A stretch of DNA of 52,086 nt from an uncultured Gemmatimonadaceae bacterium. Lineage in GTDB: Bacteria > Latescibacterota > UBA2968 > UBA8231. Under the pieces are notes generated by a model that was given only the letters and a program-made list of their open reading frames with translations, was not told the origin of the DNA and did no database searches. A program made the translations under genes and the position numbers. Below, one piece after another: positions 20,369 to 28,904 of this stretch (position 1 is the stretch's first letter; each line of letters starts with the position of its first letter). Location of the stretch: contig CAZEHQ010000005.1 of NCBI GenBank assembly GCA_964512165.1, forward strand, positions 1-52,086. Reading direction: 5' to 3'.

Positions 20369-21551
20369 CCTGCCCCCGGGCGGGCCTTCCCGGCACACAC
20401 CCTACCTCGACAATCTGGCCACCACGCCCGTGGACCCGCGCGTCCTGAAGGCGATGTGGCCGTACTTCACCGCTCACTTCGGCAATCCTTCCAGCAGGAC
20501 CCACGCCTACGGCTGGAGCGCGGCGGAGGCCGTCGACCGGGCCCGCGCCCAGGTGGCGGCCCTGATCGGCGCCGCTCCCCGCGAGATCGTCCTCGCCAGC
20601 GGCGCCACCGAGGCCAACAACCTGGCCATCAAGGGTGTTGCCGAGGCCAACCGGGACCGAGGCGACCACCTCGTGACCTGCGTCACGGAACATCGAGCCG
20701 TGCTCGATGTCTTCGCCGCCCTGGAGCGCCGCGGCTTCCGGGTGACTCGTCTGCCCGTCGACAGCGCCGGAAGCGTCGATATCGAGCGGCTGGAGGAGGC
20801 CCTCGCCGAGGAGCCGGTCCTGCTCTCCCTGATGGCCGCCAACAACGAGATCGGCAACCTGCAGCCGCTGGAGGAGATCGGGCGCCTGGTGGCGGCCAGC
20901 GGTGTCATCTGGCACTGCGACGCCGCCCAGGCCGCCGGCAAGGTGCCGGTGGACGTCGCCGAGCTTCCCGTCGACCTGCTGTCGATGTCGGCCCACAAGC
21001 TCTACGGACCGAAGGGGCAGGGCGCGCTCTTCGTCCGCCGCCGGAAGCCGCCCCTGCGCCTGACCCCGCTCATCGAAGGAGGGGGGCAGGAGCGCGGTCT
21101 GCGTTCCGGCACCCTCAACGTCCCCGGGATCGTCGGCCTCGGCGAGGCCTGCCGCCTGGGCGCCGAGGAGATGTCCACCGATGCCGCGCGCATCAGGGCC
21201 CTGCGCGACGACCTGGAGTCACGGCTCCTCGATGGCCTCGCCGGACAGGTCCGGCGCAACGGTGACCCGCGCAGACGCCTGCCGGGCGCGCTGAGCGTCT
21301 CCTTCACCGGTATCCACGGGAGCGATCTGCTGCTGGCTCTGCGGGACCTGGCCGTCTCCGCGGGCTCGGCGTGCTCTTCCGGCACCGGCGAGCCTTCCCA
21401 CGTGCTCAAGGCGATCGGGCGTGACGACGCCACGGCGGCCGCGACGCTGCGCTTCGGCATCGGACGCTTCAACACGCCGGGAGACATCGACTACGCGGCG
21501 CGGCGCACAGTCCACGAGGCCCGGCGTCTCGCCGCGCCTTCTCTCGCCTGA
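20346..21551 (+). CDS. iscS: Class I cysteine desulfurase (IscS/NifS type)
   Basis: YLDNLATTPVDPRV..FGNPSS..H.YGW......V...R..VA.LIGA.P.EIV..SGATE.NN.AIKG..; SAHKLYGPKG.GAL.VRR; RSGTLNVPGIVG; SAGSACSSG. The start is uncertain: GTG at 20346 overlaps the carrier gene by 23 nt, and an in-frame CTG at 20370 is an alternative. Confidence 0.88.
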   Translation: MASPSPSDLPPGGPSRHTPYLDNLATTPVDPRVLKAMWPYFTAHFGNPSSRTHAYGWSAAEAVDRARAQVAALIGAAPREIVLASGATEANNLAIKGVAEANRDRGDHLVTCVTEHRAVLDVFAALERRGFRVTRLPVDSAGSVDIERLEEALAEEPVLLSLMAANNEIGNLQPLEEIGRLVAASGVIWHCDAAQAAGKVPVDVAELPVDLLSMSAHKLYGPKGQGALFVRRRKPPLRLTPLIEGGGQERGLRSGTLNVPGIVGLGEACRLGAEEMSTDAARIRALRDDLESRLLDGLAGQVRRNGDPRRRLPGALSVSFTGIHGSDLLLALRDLAVSAGSACSSGTGEPSHVLKAIGRDDATAAATLRFGIGRFNTPGDIDYAARRTVHEARRLAAPSLA

Positions 21552-21626
21552 GACGGTCTTGCGGGAAGCGGGGTGGTCCCTAGCTTCTTGGCCGACGGGT
21601 TCACCAACAGGATGGAGAAGACCAGA

Positions 21627-22817
21627 ATGGCTCTCACTTCGAGCCAACTCCTCGAAGAGGTCAAGAAGTCGATCACCGAGGTCACCGCCGAGGACGTCAA
21701 GCGGTCCCTGAACAGCGGTGCGATCCGGCACGTCGTCGACGTGCGCGAACGCGACGAGGTCATGGACGGCTACATCCCCGGCTCGCACCTCATCCCCCGG
21801 GGATTCCTCGAGCTCAACGTCGAGGACGACGTCACCCTCGACCGGGAGGAGCCGATCGTCCTCTACTGCGCGGGCGGCAACCGTTCGGCCCTGGCCGCGC
21901 GCGACCTCTTGGCCATGGGCTACTCCCGGGTGAGCTCCATGATCGGCGGCATCAAGGGCTGGAAGGACGCGGGATACGGCATCGAGCAGGATGGCCTCCT
22001 TTCCGACGAAGACCTGCAGCGATACTCGCGGCACATCATCCTGCCCGAGGTCGGCGAGCGCGGCCAGCAGGAGCTGCTCAAGGCGAAGGTGCTCCTCATC
22101 GGGGCCGGAGGCCTCGGCTGCCCCACGGCCCTCTACCTGGCCGCGGCCGGGGTCGGCACCGTCGGCCTCGTCGACGCCGATGTCGTCGACCGGAGCAACC
22201 TGCAGCGGCAGGTCCTCTTCGGGGAAGACGTGCTCGGCCAGCCGAAGGTCGAGGCCGCCCGCGACCGGCTGCTGAAGCTGAACCCCGGCATCCGCGTCGA
22301 GGCCCACCAAGAGTTGATGACCTCCGCCAATGCCATGGACCTCATCGGCGGCTACGACATCATCGTCAACGGCTGTGACAACTTCCCCACGCGGTATCTG
22401 GTCAACGACGCGGCCGTCCTCTCCGGCAAGCCGGTCGTCGACGGCAGCATCTTCCGCTTCGAGGGTCAGGCGACGGTCTACCACCCCGCCGCGGGCGGAC
22501 CCTGCTACCGCTGCCTCTATCCCGAACCGCCGCCTCCCGGCGAGGTGCCCAGTTGCGCCGAAGGGGGGGTTCTCGGCGTTCTGCCCGGAACCGTCGCCAT
22601 GATCCAGGCCACGGAGGTCGTCAAGCTCGTCATCGGACAGGGCGTCCCCCTCGTGGGCCGGTTGATCCTGTACGACGCCCTCGACATGAGGTTCCGCGAG
22701 ATGAAGCTGCGCCGGAACGCGGCCTGCCCCGTGTGCGGCGACGACCCCACCGTCAAGGAGCTGATCGACTACGACCAGTTCTGCGGCCTCCCGGGCCACA
22801 GCGAGGCGGCTGGCTGA
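21627..22817 (+). CDS. Rhodanese domain (N-terminal) fused to a MoeB/ThiF-type E1-like adenylyltransferase
   Basis: Rhodanese: VVDVRERDE...G.IPGS..IP.G.L......IVLYCAGGNRSALAA..L..MGY..V....GG...W. E1 domain: RYSRHI.LPEVG..GQ..L..AKVL.IGAGGLGCP...YLAAAGVG..G.VD.D.V..SNLQRQ. Zinc motifs: CYRC...C and CPVC. Alternative starts at 21573 and 21612. Confidence 0.85.
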   Translation: MALTSSQLLEEVKKSITEVTAEDVKRSLNSGAIRHVVDVRERDEVMDGYIPGSHLIPRGFLELNVEDDVTLDREEPIVLYCAGGNRSALAARDLLAMGYSRVSSMIGGIKGWKDAGYGIEQDGLLSDEDLQRYSRHIILPEVGERGQQELLKAKVLLIGAGGLGCPTALYLAAAGVGTVGLVDADVVDRSNLQRQVLFGEDVLGQPKVEAARDRLLKLNPGIRVEAHQELMTSANAMDLIGGYDIIVNGCDNFPTRYLVNDAAVLSGKPVVDGSIFRFEGQATVYHPAAGGPCYRCLYPEPPPPGEVPSCAEGGVLGVLPGTVAMIQATEVVKLVIGQGVPLVGRLILYDALDMRFREMKLRRNAACPVCGDDPTVKELIDYDQFCGLPGHSEAAG

Positions 22818-22844
22818 GGCATCGGCCGCCTCGGTCGCTTCCGA

Positions 22845-23456
22845 ATGATGGCGCCGCCCGCCGGCGTCGACTCCCTCCTCATCGGTCTCGACGAAGAGAC
22901 CGGCCAGGATCCCGTTCTCGACCTGGCAGCGCAGTTCGGTAACCCCCGTCCCGTCGAGCTCGAGCTCGGGATCGGCAAGGGGCGCTTTCTCCTCGACGCC
23001 GCCCTGCGTCACCCGGGGGTGAATTACATCGGCGTTGAGCAGGCGTCGAAGTACCTTCGCCTCGCCCATGCCAGGGCCCTGCGCCGGGGCTGCGCCAACC
23101 TCCGCTTCGTCCACGGTGACGCCAGGGAGTTTGTCGAGTTCTTCCTCGGCTCCGGCTCGGTCAGCGCCATTCACGTCTATTTCCCCGACCCGTGGCCGAA
23201 GAAGCGGCATCACAAGCGGCGGCTGCTCGACGAGGCCTTTCTCGTGGAGGCGGAGAGAATCCTCATCCCCGGCGGGCGGCTCTGGATCGCAACCGACCAC
23301 GACGGCTACTTCGAAGCGATCCTCGAAGCCCTCGACCCGTTCAACGGCCTCCTGCTTCCCGTGGAGGCGGTCTGGGAAGGGGCGACCACGAACTACGAGG
23401 ACAAGTTCGTGGACCAGGGCCGACCGATCCACCGCCGCGTCCTCGAGAAGCCCTGA
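22845..23456 (+). CDS. trmB: tRNA (guanine46-N7)-methyltransferase
   Basis: ELGIGKGRFLL..A...P..NYIGVE..........A.......N.RF...DA.......F...S....HVYFPDPWPKKRHHKRRL. Confidence 0.88.
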   Translation: MMAPPAGVDSLLIGLDEETGQDPVLDLAAQFGNPRPVELELGIGKGRFLLDAALRHPGVNYIGVEQASKYLRLAHARALRRGCANLRFVHGDAREFVEFFLGSGSVSAIHVYFPDPWPKKRHHKRRLLDEAFLVEAERILIPGGRLWIATDHDGYFEAILEALDPFNGLLLPVEAVWEGATTNYEDKFVDQGRPIHRRVLEKP

Positions 23457-23598
23457 CCGCCGGCCAACCCTCTCCCGCGCGCCTCTGCCCCGAGTGTCCG
23501 AGGAGGCATCAACCCCCTCCCGGACTTGGCTCAACTGAATAATTAACAGCAAGTTACATTCTCCCGAGGGAGACTGTTCCGCGGGGGCGGATTTCTTC

Positions 23599-23628
23599 TT
23601 GACATACCCCGAGTGGGGAAGGTATAAT
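23599..23628 (+). promoter_or_regulatory. Near-consensus sigma70 promoter of the dcw cluster (Pmra-like)
   Basis: TTGACA (23599-23604), an 18-nt spacer, then TATAAT (23623-23628). It lies in the only clearly AT-enriched intergenic stretch of the window, 72 nt upstream of the mraZ GTG. Confidence 0.75.
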
Positions 23629-23640
23629 ATGCCGGGGTGG

Positions 23641-23670
23641 AAAATGGTGTAATGTGGAGCTAAATGGTTC
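23641..23670 (+). promoter_or_regulatory. Candidate MraZ operator: three A-rich/TGG direct repeats at 10-bp phasing
   Basis: In AAAATGGTG TAATGTGGAG CTAAATGGTTC, TGG occurs at 23645, 23655 and 23665, exactly 10 bp apart. The repeats sit between the -10 box and mraZ. MraZ proteins are known to bind phased GTGG/TGGG-type direct repeats at their own promoter. Confidence 0.4.
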
Positions 23671-23699
23671 TTTCGGCCCAATGACCTTCCAGGAGCCCC

Positions 23700-24143
23700 G
23701 TGAGCGCTCAATTCCTTGGAGAGTACGAGGTCCCCGTCGACGACAAGGGCCGGATCTTCCTGCCCGCCGAGTTGCGGCGGAACCTCGAGCCGGAGGCCGA
23801 CGACACCTTCGTGGTCATCCGGGGCCTGGACGGGTGCCTTACCGGGCATCCACGCAACCTGTGGGCCCAGATCGCGGAGAAGATGCTCCAGCTGCCATGG
23901 AAGGAGCAGCGGGTCAGGCAGTATACGCGGGCCCTCCTGTCCCAGGCGACCGAGGTGAGACTCGACCGCCAGGGACGTGCGTCGCTTCCGAAGAAGCTCC
24001 TGGACCGGGCCGGGATCGGCGAGCGCCTGGTCGTCATCGGGGCCCTGGAACATCTCGAGTTCTGGGAGCCGGAGGCTTGGCAGGGATACCTGTCCCAGGC
24101 CGAGCCGACCTTGGAGGAAGTGGCCGAGACGCTGGATCTGTGA
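23700..24143 (+). CDS. mraZ: Transcriptional regulator MraZ
   Basis: FLGEYEVPVDDKGRIFLPAELRR....... and a second ..LD.QGR..LPKKLL..AGI......IG......WEPE.W form the duplicated SpoVT/AbrB-like MraZ repeats. GTG start. Confidence 0.92.
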   Translation: MSAQFLGEYEVPVDDKGRIFLPAELRRNLEPEADDTFVVIRGLDGCLTGHPRNLWAQIAEKMLQLPWKEQRVRQYTRALLSQATEVRLDRQGRASLPKKLLDRAGIGERLVVIGALEHLEFWEPEAWQGYLSQAEPTLEEVAETLDL

Positions 24144-24155
24144 GTGAACCGGAGG

Positions 24156-25118
24156 ATGGCCTACCACGTGCCGGTCATGGTCGAGGAGGTCGTCACCGGG
24201 TTGGCAACGGACCCCTCAGGGGTCTATGTGGACGCAACAGCCGGGGGGGGAGGGCACGCGGAGGCCCTCCTTCGGGCTCTCGGAGAGAGGGGGCACCTGC
24301 TGGCATGCGATCGGGATGCAGCGGCTGTGAACGAGGCGGGCCGCCGGCTCGATCCGTACCGCGGACGGGTGACCTTTCTCCAATGCGCGTTCTCCTCCCT
24401 CGGCAGGTCGGCGGCCCCACTCCTGGATCGCCTGGAGCGATCCGGAGTGGAGGGGGTGCTCTTCGACCTGGGGGTCAGCTCCCACCAGATCGACGAGCCT
24501 GGGCGCGGATTCAGCTATCACCAGGACGGCCCCCTGGACATGCGCATGGACCGAGGCGCCGGAGAGCCCGCGGACCAGTTGCTGGCGCGGATCCGGGAGG
24601 CCGACCTGGTGGAGTTGATCCGACGAAATGGTGAGGAACGGCAGGCGAGGCGCATCGCGCGTTCCATCTGCCGTTCCAGGGACGAAGGCCGCATGCAGAC
24701 GACGGCGCAACTGGCCCGGGCGATCGAATCGACGCGCCCGGAACGACCGACCAAAACCCTCGCACGGGTGTTCCAGGCCTTGCGAATCGCCGTCAACGAC
24801 GAGCTGACCGAGCTCGAGAAGGGTCTCCGGGCGGCTGTCGACCTGCTCGCACCGGGCGGCCGGCTCGCCGTCATCGCCTACCACTCCCTGGAGGACCGGA
24901 TCGTCAAGCACAGGATGGGCAGCCTGGTAAGGGGCTGTGTCTGCCCGCCGGACCTGCCCGTCTGTGCGTGCGGACGGAGGTCGACGTTCCTGCGCATCGG
25001 CCCGGCCCGCCGGCCCGGCGCCGAGGAGCAGGCCGCCAATTCCCGGTCCCGGAGCGCCACCCTGCGCCTCTTCGAGAAGGTCCCTAGCGCCTCCGGCGCC
25101 GGAGGAGCCGTCCGGTGA
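24156..25118 (+). CDS. rsmH: 16S rRNA (cytosine1402-N4)-methyltransferase
   Basis: YHVPVMV.EV...L.....G.YVDAT.GGGGHA..LL.......L...DRD..A........; LFDLGVSS.Q.D...RGFS....GPLDMRMD; A.HSLEDRIVK. ATG at 24156 follows GGAGG. Confidence 0.92.
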   Translation: MAYHVPVMVEEVVTGLATDPSGVYVDATAGGGGHAEALLRALGERGHLLACDRDAAAVNEAGRRLDPYRGRVTFLQCAFSSLGRSAAPLLDRLERSGVEGVLFDLGVSSHQIDEPGRGFSYHQDGPLDMRMDRGAGEPADQLLARIREADLVELIRRNGEERQARRIARSICRSRDEGRMQTTAQLARAIESTRPERPTKTLARVFQALRIAVNDELTELEKGLRAAVDLLAPGGRLAVIAYHSLEDRIVKHRMGSLVRGCVCPPDLPVCACGRRSTFLRIGPARRPGAEEQAANSRSRSATLRLFEKVPSASGAGGAVR

Positions 25119-25405
25119 GGGCCTGGCTTCAGGGCGACTGGGTCCGGGCGGTGACCGTGCTCGCCATGGCGGCGGCGACGACGGCCTACGTATGGATCAA
25201 GGTGCAGATCTCGGAACTGGCGCGCGCCTCCGAGGCCGCCGGGACCAGGGCCCAGGCACTGGTGGTGGAGAGCTCGCGCCTCGAGGCCTCCCTCGACCTG
25301 GCGAGCCGGCCGAGCCTGCTTCGACAGCGGGCCGAAGGCGAACTCGGAATGACCTATCCGGACCCGGGGACCACGGTCGACCTCCTGGTCAGGGGATCGC
25401 GATGA
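25115..25405 (+). CDS. ftsL: Cell-division protein FtsL-like (small bitopic protein with a coiled coil)
   Basis: 96 aa with a single TM (AVTVLAMAAATTAYVWI) followed by a heptad-like segment. It occupies the canonical rsmH-ftsL-ftsI position and overlaps both neighbours by 4 nt. Confidence 0.7.
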   Translation: MRAWLQGDWVRAVTVLAMAAATTAYVWIKVQISELARASEAAGTRAQALVVESSRLEASLDLASRPSLLRQRAEGELGMTYPDPGTTVDLLVRGSR

Positions 25406-27456
25406 CGAGCCGCGGCTCCCATGACGACGAACGCCGCCCCTTTGCCCTCGGCCGCCACCGCCTGCGGTGGGTCCTGCTCGCCGGAGGTCTCGTCTGGTCT
25501 CTCATCGGCTTGAGGCTGGTGCAGTTGCAGGCGATCGACCACGGCACGTACGAGATGCGCGCCCGCAACCAGCATCAGCGCCAGATCCCGCTGAGCGCAC
25601 GGCGCGGCGCCATCCTCGATCGCCGGGGCCGCGAGCTGGCCTTCGACGTCACCGCCGTCTCCTTCTACTGCCGGCCCGCACAGGTCCGCGATCCCGACGC
25701 GGTGATGGCCCACTTCATGCGGTTTGGCCGACGCTCCGCCGACGCGGTGTCCCAGCTGATCAGCGGCGGGCACCCCTTCGTCTATCTCCTCCGTCAGGTC
25801 GACGGTGAGCGGCTCCACCAGGTCCGCCAGAAGTCCTTCGAAGGGGTGTACGAGCAACTGGAGGTCCGCCGTCACTATCCCTACGGCCGCCTGGCCGGGC
25901 AGCTCCTGGGGTTCACCGACATCGAGAACCGGGGCAAGGAGGGGACGGAGTTGGCCTTCGACGAGATCCTCGCCGAACGGGCGGGGTCCGCCCGGTCCTA
26001 CGTCGACGGCCTGGGGAACATCCTTCCCGAGCGTTCGCAGCCGACCGCCGCCCCTCGGCACGGCGCCAGCGTCCAGCTGACCATCGACGCCGCCATCCAG
26101 GAAATCCTGGAGGAGGAGCTGGCCCGCACCGTGGCTGAGACCCGGGCCGAGGGAGCCCTCGGCATCATCGCCGATCCACGGTCCGGGGAGATCCTGGCCA
26201 TGGCCGGCATTCCCCTCTTCGATCCGAACGATCCGGGCGGAGTCCCCGCCAACCACCGCCGGAACCGTCTGGTCACCGATCCCTTCGAGCCAGGGTCGAT
26301 CTTCAAGCCCTTCACCATGGCGGCGGTCCTCGATGCCGACCCGAGGGTTCTCGAGAGGAAGGTCTACTGCGAGCAGGGCGCCTACGCCCTGTCCATGGGG
26401 GACGTCATCCGGGACGTCAAGCCCCACGGCTGGCTGACACCGGCCGACGTTGTCGCCCAGTCGAGCAACATCGGGGTGATCAAGCTCGCCCAGGGGCTGG
26501 ACCGGTCGAGCTACTACCAGTCCCTGCGCGGCTTCGGCTTCGGGACCCGGACCGGGATCGGCCTTCCGGCCGAGAGCGCCGGGCTGTTGCGACACGCCCG
26601 CGACTGGTCCAACCGCTCCCTGGAGACGATCGCCATCGGCCAGGAGATCAGCGTCACCGCGGTGCAGATGGTGCAGGCCTTCAGCGCCATCGCCAACGGG
26701 GGCATGCTGATGGCGCCCAAGGTGATCCAGGAGGTTCGGGATCCCGCGGGACAGGTCCTCCGGCGGGAGGAACCGAAGCCGGTGCGCCGAGTCCTCTCCT
26801 CCAGAACGGCCTCGGTCCTCAAGGGGATGTTGCGGCGGGTGGTCAGTGACGGAACCGGGCACAACGCGGCGATCGAAGGGGTCCAGGTGGCGGGCAAGAC
26901 GGGGACCGCGCAACGCGCCCTCCCGGGCGGCGGCGGCTATGCCCGGGGAGAGTACATCGCCTCCTTCATCGGCTTCCTTCCGGCTACCGAGCAGCCGCGC
27001 TACCTCTGCCTGGTCTCCGTGGAGAACCCGCGCCTCGGGAAGTGGGGGGGAGTCGTGGCGGCGCCCGCCTTCCGCCGCACGATGGAACGGATCCTCATCC
27101 TCGATGGATCGCAGGCGCCCGGCGGCATTCGGCCGGGCGCCCTGGCCGACGCCGGGACCGAGGTCCACGGCGAGGTCGTGCCCGACTTCAGGGGGCTGGA
27201 CGTGCCCAGGGTCAGGGTCCAGGCCCGCCGCCGGGATCTCAACCTCCGCTTCGAGGGCTCCGGCCCGATCGTGGTCGGCCAGGAGCCGGCGCCCAGGTCG
27301 CGCCGCACGGAGGCGGACATCCTGTGCCGTCTCGGCAGCCGCGCCGACCTGCTGGCCCTGGGGCTGCCCGAGGCGCCAATGCGCCAAGCCGTGCTGGTGC
27401 GCAAGCTGCAGGGCCCGCAGCTGGTGGCCCTCGCGCCGGGGGAGGGCGGGAGGTGA
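25402..27456 (+). CDS. ftsI: Class B penicillin-binding protein / septal transpeptidase FtsI with a C-terminal PASTA-like domain
   Basis: N-terminal TM anchor and dimerisation domain. Transpeptidase motifs: SIFK (EPGSIFKPF), SSN (AQSSNIG), KTGT (AGKTGTAQ). Tail VPDFRGLDVPRVRVQARRRDLNLRFEGSGPIVVGQEPAP is PASTA-like. The ATG at 25402 overlaps the ftsL stop (ATGA). Confidence 0.88.
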   Translation: MTSRGSHDDERRPFALGRHRLRWVLLAGGLVWSLIGLRLVQLQAIDHGTYEMRARNQHQRQIPLSARRGAILDRRGRELAFDVTAVSFYCRPAQVRDPDAVMAHFMRFGRRSADAVSQLISGGHPFVYLLRQVDGERLHQVRQKSFEGVYEQLEVRRHYPYGRLAGQLLGFTDIENRGKEGTELAFDEILAERAGSARSYVDGLGNILPERSQPTAAPRHGASVQLTIDAAIQEILEEELARTVAETRAEGALGIIADPRSGEILAMAGIPLFDPNDPGGVPANHRRNRLVTDPFEPGSIFKPFTMAAVLDADPRVLERKVYCEQGAYALSMGDVIRDVKPHGWLTPADVVAQSSNIGVIKLAQGLDRSSYYQSLRGFGFGTRTGIGLPAESAGLLRHARDWSNRSLETIAIGQEISVTAVQMVQAFSAIANGGMLMAPKVIQEVRDPAGQVLRREEPKPVRRVLSSRTASVLKGMLRRVVSDGTGHNAAIEGVQVAGKTGTAQRALPGGGGYARGEYIASFIGFLPATEQPRYLCLVSVENPRLGKWGGVVAAPAFRRTMERILILDGSQAPGGIRPGALADAGTEVHGEVVPDFRGLDVPRVRVQARRRDLNLRFEGSGPIVVGQEPAPRSRRTEADILCRLGSRADLLALGLPEAPMRQAVLVRKLQGPQLVALAPGEGGR

Positions 27457-28904
27457 GGCTTCGCGACCTGATCGGCGCGATCCGGCCCGTCCACATCGGC
27501 GGATCCCTCGACATGGAGATCGAATCGGTCGTCTCCGATTCCCGCCGGGCCGGCCCCGGAGCCCTGTTCGTGGCGGTTCGCGGCGGACAGGAGATCGACC
27601 GCCATGCCTTCGTCGATGATGCCCTCGCCCGTGGGGCGCCGGCGGTAGTGGTCGAGGAGGAGGATGAGCGTCTGTCGTCGACACGTATCCGCGTCGACGA
27701 CTGCCGCCAGGCCCTGGCAGCCCTCGCGGCCCGGCTGCACGGCTGTCCGGCCCGATCCTTCCGGTGGCGTGTCGGAGTTACCGGGACCAACGGCAAGTCG
27801 ACGACTGCCCTGCTTGTGCGCCGCGTCCTGGAGGCCACCGGGGCGCGCAGCGCCTACATCGGGACCCTGGGGTTCTCCTGCGGCGTAGGGATGGTGAGCC
27901 TCGACAACACCACGCCCGAGGCCGACCAGCTGCAGGCTTTGCTCGCCAGGGCCCGTGTCGCCGGCTGCGACGCTCTGGTCATGGAGGTCTCCTCCCACGG
28001 TCTGGCTCTCCGCCGCGTCGACGGGATCGACTACTCGGTGGCCGTGTTTACCAATCTCACGCGTGACCACCTCGACTTTCACGGCACCGAGGAGGCCTAC
28101 CTGGCGGCCAAGACGACTCTCTTCCGGGGTCTCGGCCAGGGAGGGGCGGCGGTGGTGAACGCCGATGATCCCCACGCCCCGGAGGTGGCGGCAAGCACCT
28201 CGGCCCGGGTGCTCACCTACGGCGAGAGGGGGGAGCACGTACGTCTCGCCAGCTTCGACACCCGAGCCGGCTCCACCACCCTTCTGAAGCTGGAGACGCC
28301 GGCCGGAGAGTGGTCGGTGGAGACCAGCCTGGCGGGCCGGTTCAACCGCTGCAACGTGATGGCCGCCGTCTGCGCCGGCGTCGCCCTGGGGATCGATGCC
28401 GACGCCGTCCGGTCGGGCATCGCCGCCGTGTCCCAGGTGCCGGGCCGCTTTGAACGCCTGGACGAGGGTCAGCCCTTCGAAGTCATCGTCGACTACGCTC
28501 ACACGCCCGCCGGTCTCGACACGGTGCTGCGCACGGCCAGGGAGTTGACGCGGGGCCGGCTTCTTTGCCTTTTTGGCTGTGGCGGCGACCGCGACAAGGG
28601 CAAGCGGCCTCTCATGGGGCGCGTCGCCGAGGATCTGGCCGATCTCGTCTACCTCACCTCCGACAACCCGCGGGGGGAACCGCCCGAGGAGATCATCGAT
28701 CAGATCGCCGCCGGCATGCGCGAAGCCGACTCCGCCGTGGTTTGTCCGGATCGGCGCGCCGCCATCGATGCAGCCCTGCAAGAGGCCGGCGAAGGGGACG
28801 TGGTGGTGGTGGCGGGCAAGGGGGACGAACCGTACCAGATCCTGGCCGAGGGACCCACGGACTTCGACGACCGCCAGGTCGTACGGCAGGTGCTTCGCGA
28901 GTAA
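27453..28904 (+). CDS. murE: UDP-MurNAc-L-Ala-D-Glu:meso-DAP ligase
   Basis: ..SDSRRAGPGALFVAVRG...D.H.F...A...GA.AVV......; VTGTNGKSTT; TTPE...L; DY.HTP..L; GCGGDRD..KRP.M; TSDNPR.E.P. The GTG at 27453 overlaps the ftsI stop. Confidence 0.9.
   Translation: MRLRDLIGAIRPVHIGGSLDMEIESVVSDSRRAGPGALFVAVRGGQEIDRHAFVDDALARGAPAVVVEEEDERLSSTRIRVDDCRQALAALAARLHGCPARSFRWRVGVTGTNGKSTTALLVRRVLEATGARSAYIGTLGFSCGVGMVSLDNTTPEADQLQALLARARVAGCDALVMEVSSHGLALRRVDGIDYSVAVFTNLTRDHLDFHGTEEAYLAAKTTLFRGLGQGGAAVVNADDPHAPEVAASTSARVLTYGERGEHVRLASFDTRAGSTTLLKLETPAGEWSVETSLAGRFNRCNVMAAVCAGVALGIDADAVRSGIAAVSQVPGRFERLDEGQPFEVIVDYAHTPAGLDTVLRTARELTRGRLLCLFGCGGDRDKGKRPLMGRVAEDLADLVYLTSDNPRGEPPEEIIDQIAAGMREADSAVVCPDRRAAIDAALQEAGEGDVVVVAGKGDEPYQILAEGPTDFDDRQVVRQVLRE

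Noticed and set aside
23545-23598. Small hairpins TCTCCC-GA-GGGAGA and CCGC-GGGG-GCGG followed by ATTTCTTCTT, as a trmB terminator.
   Set aside because: The stems are only 4-6 bp with minimal loops. The T-rich run also overlaps the -35 region of the dcw promoter. This is plausible but not supportable without energy calculations or 3'-end data.
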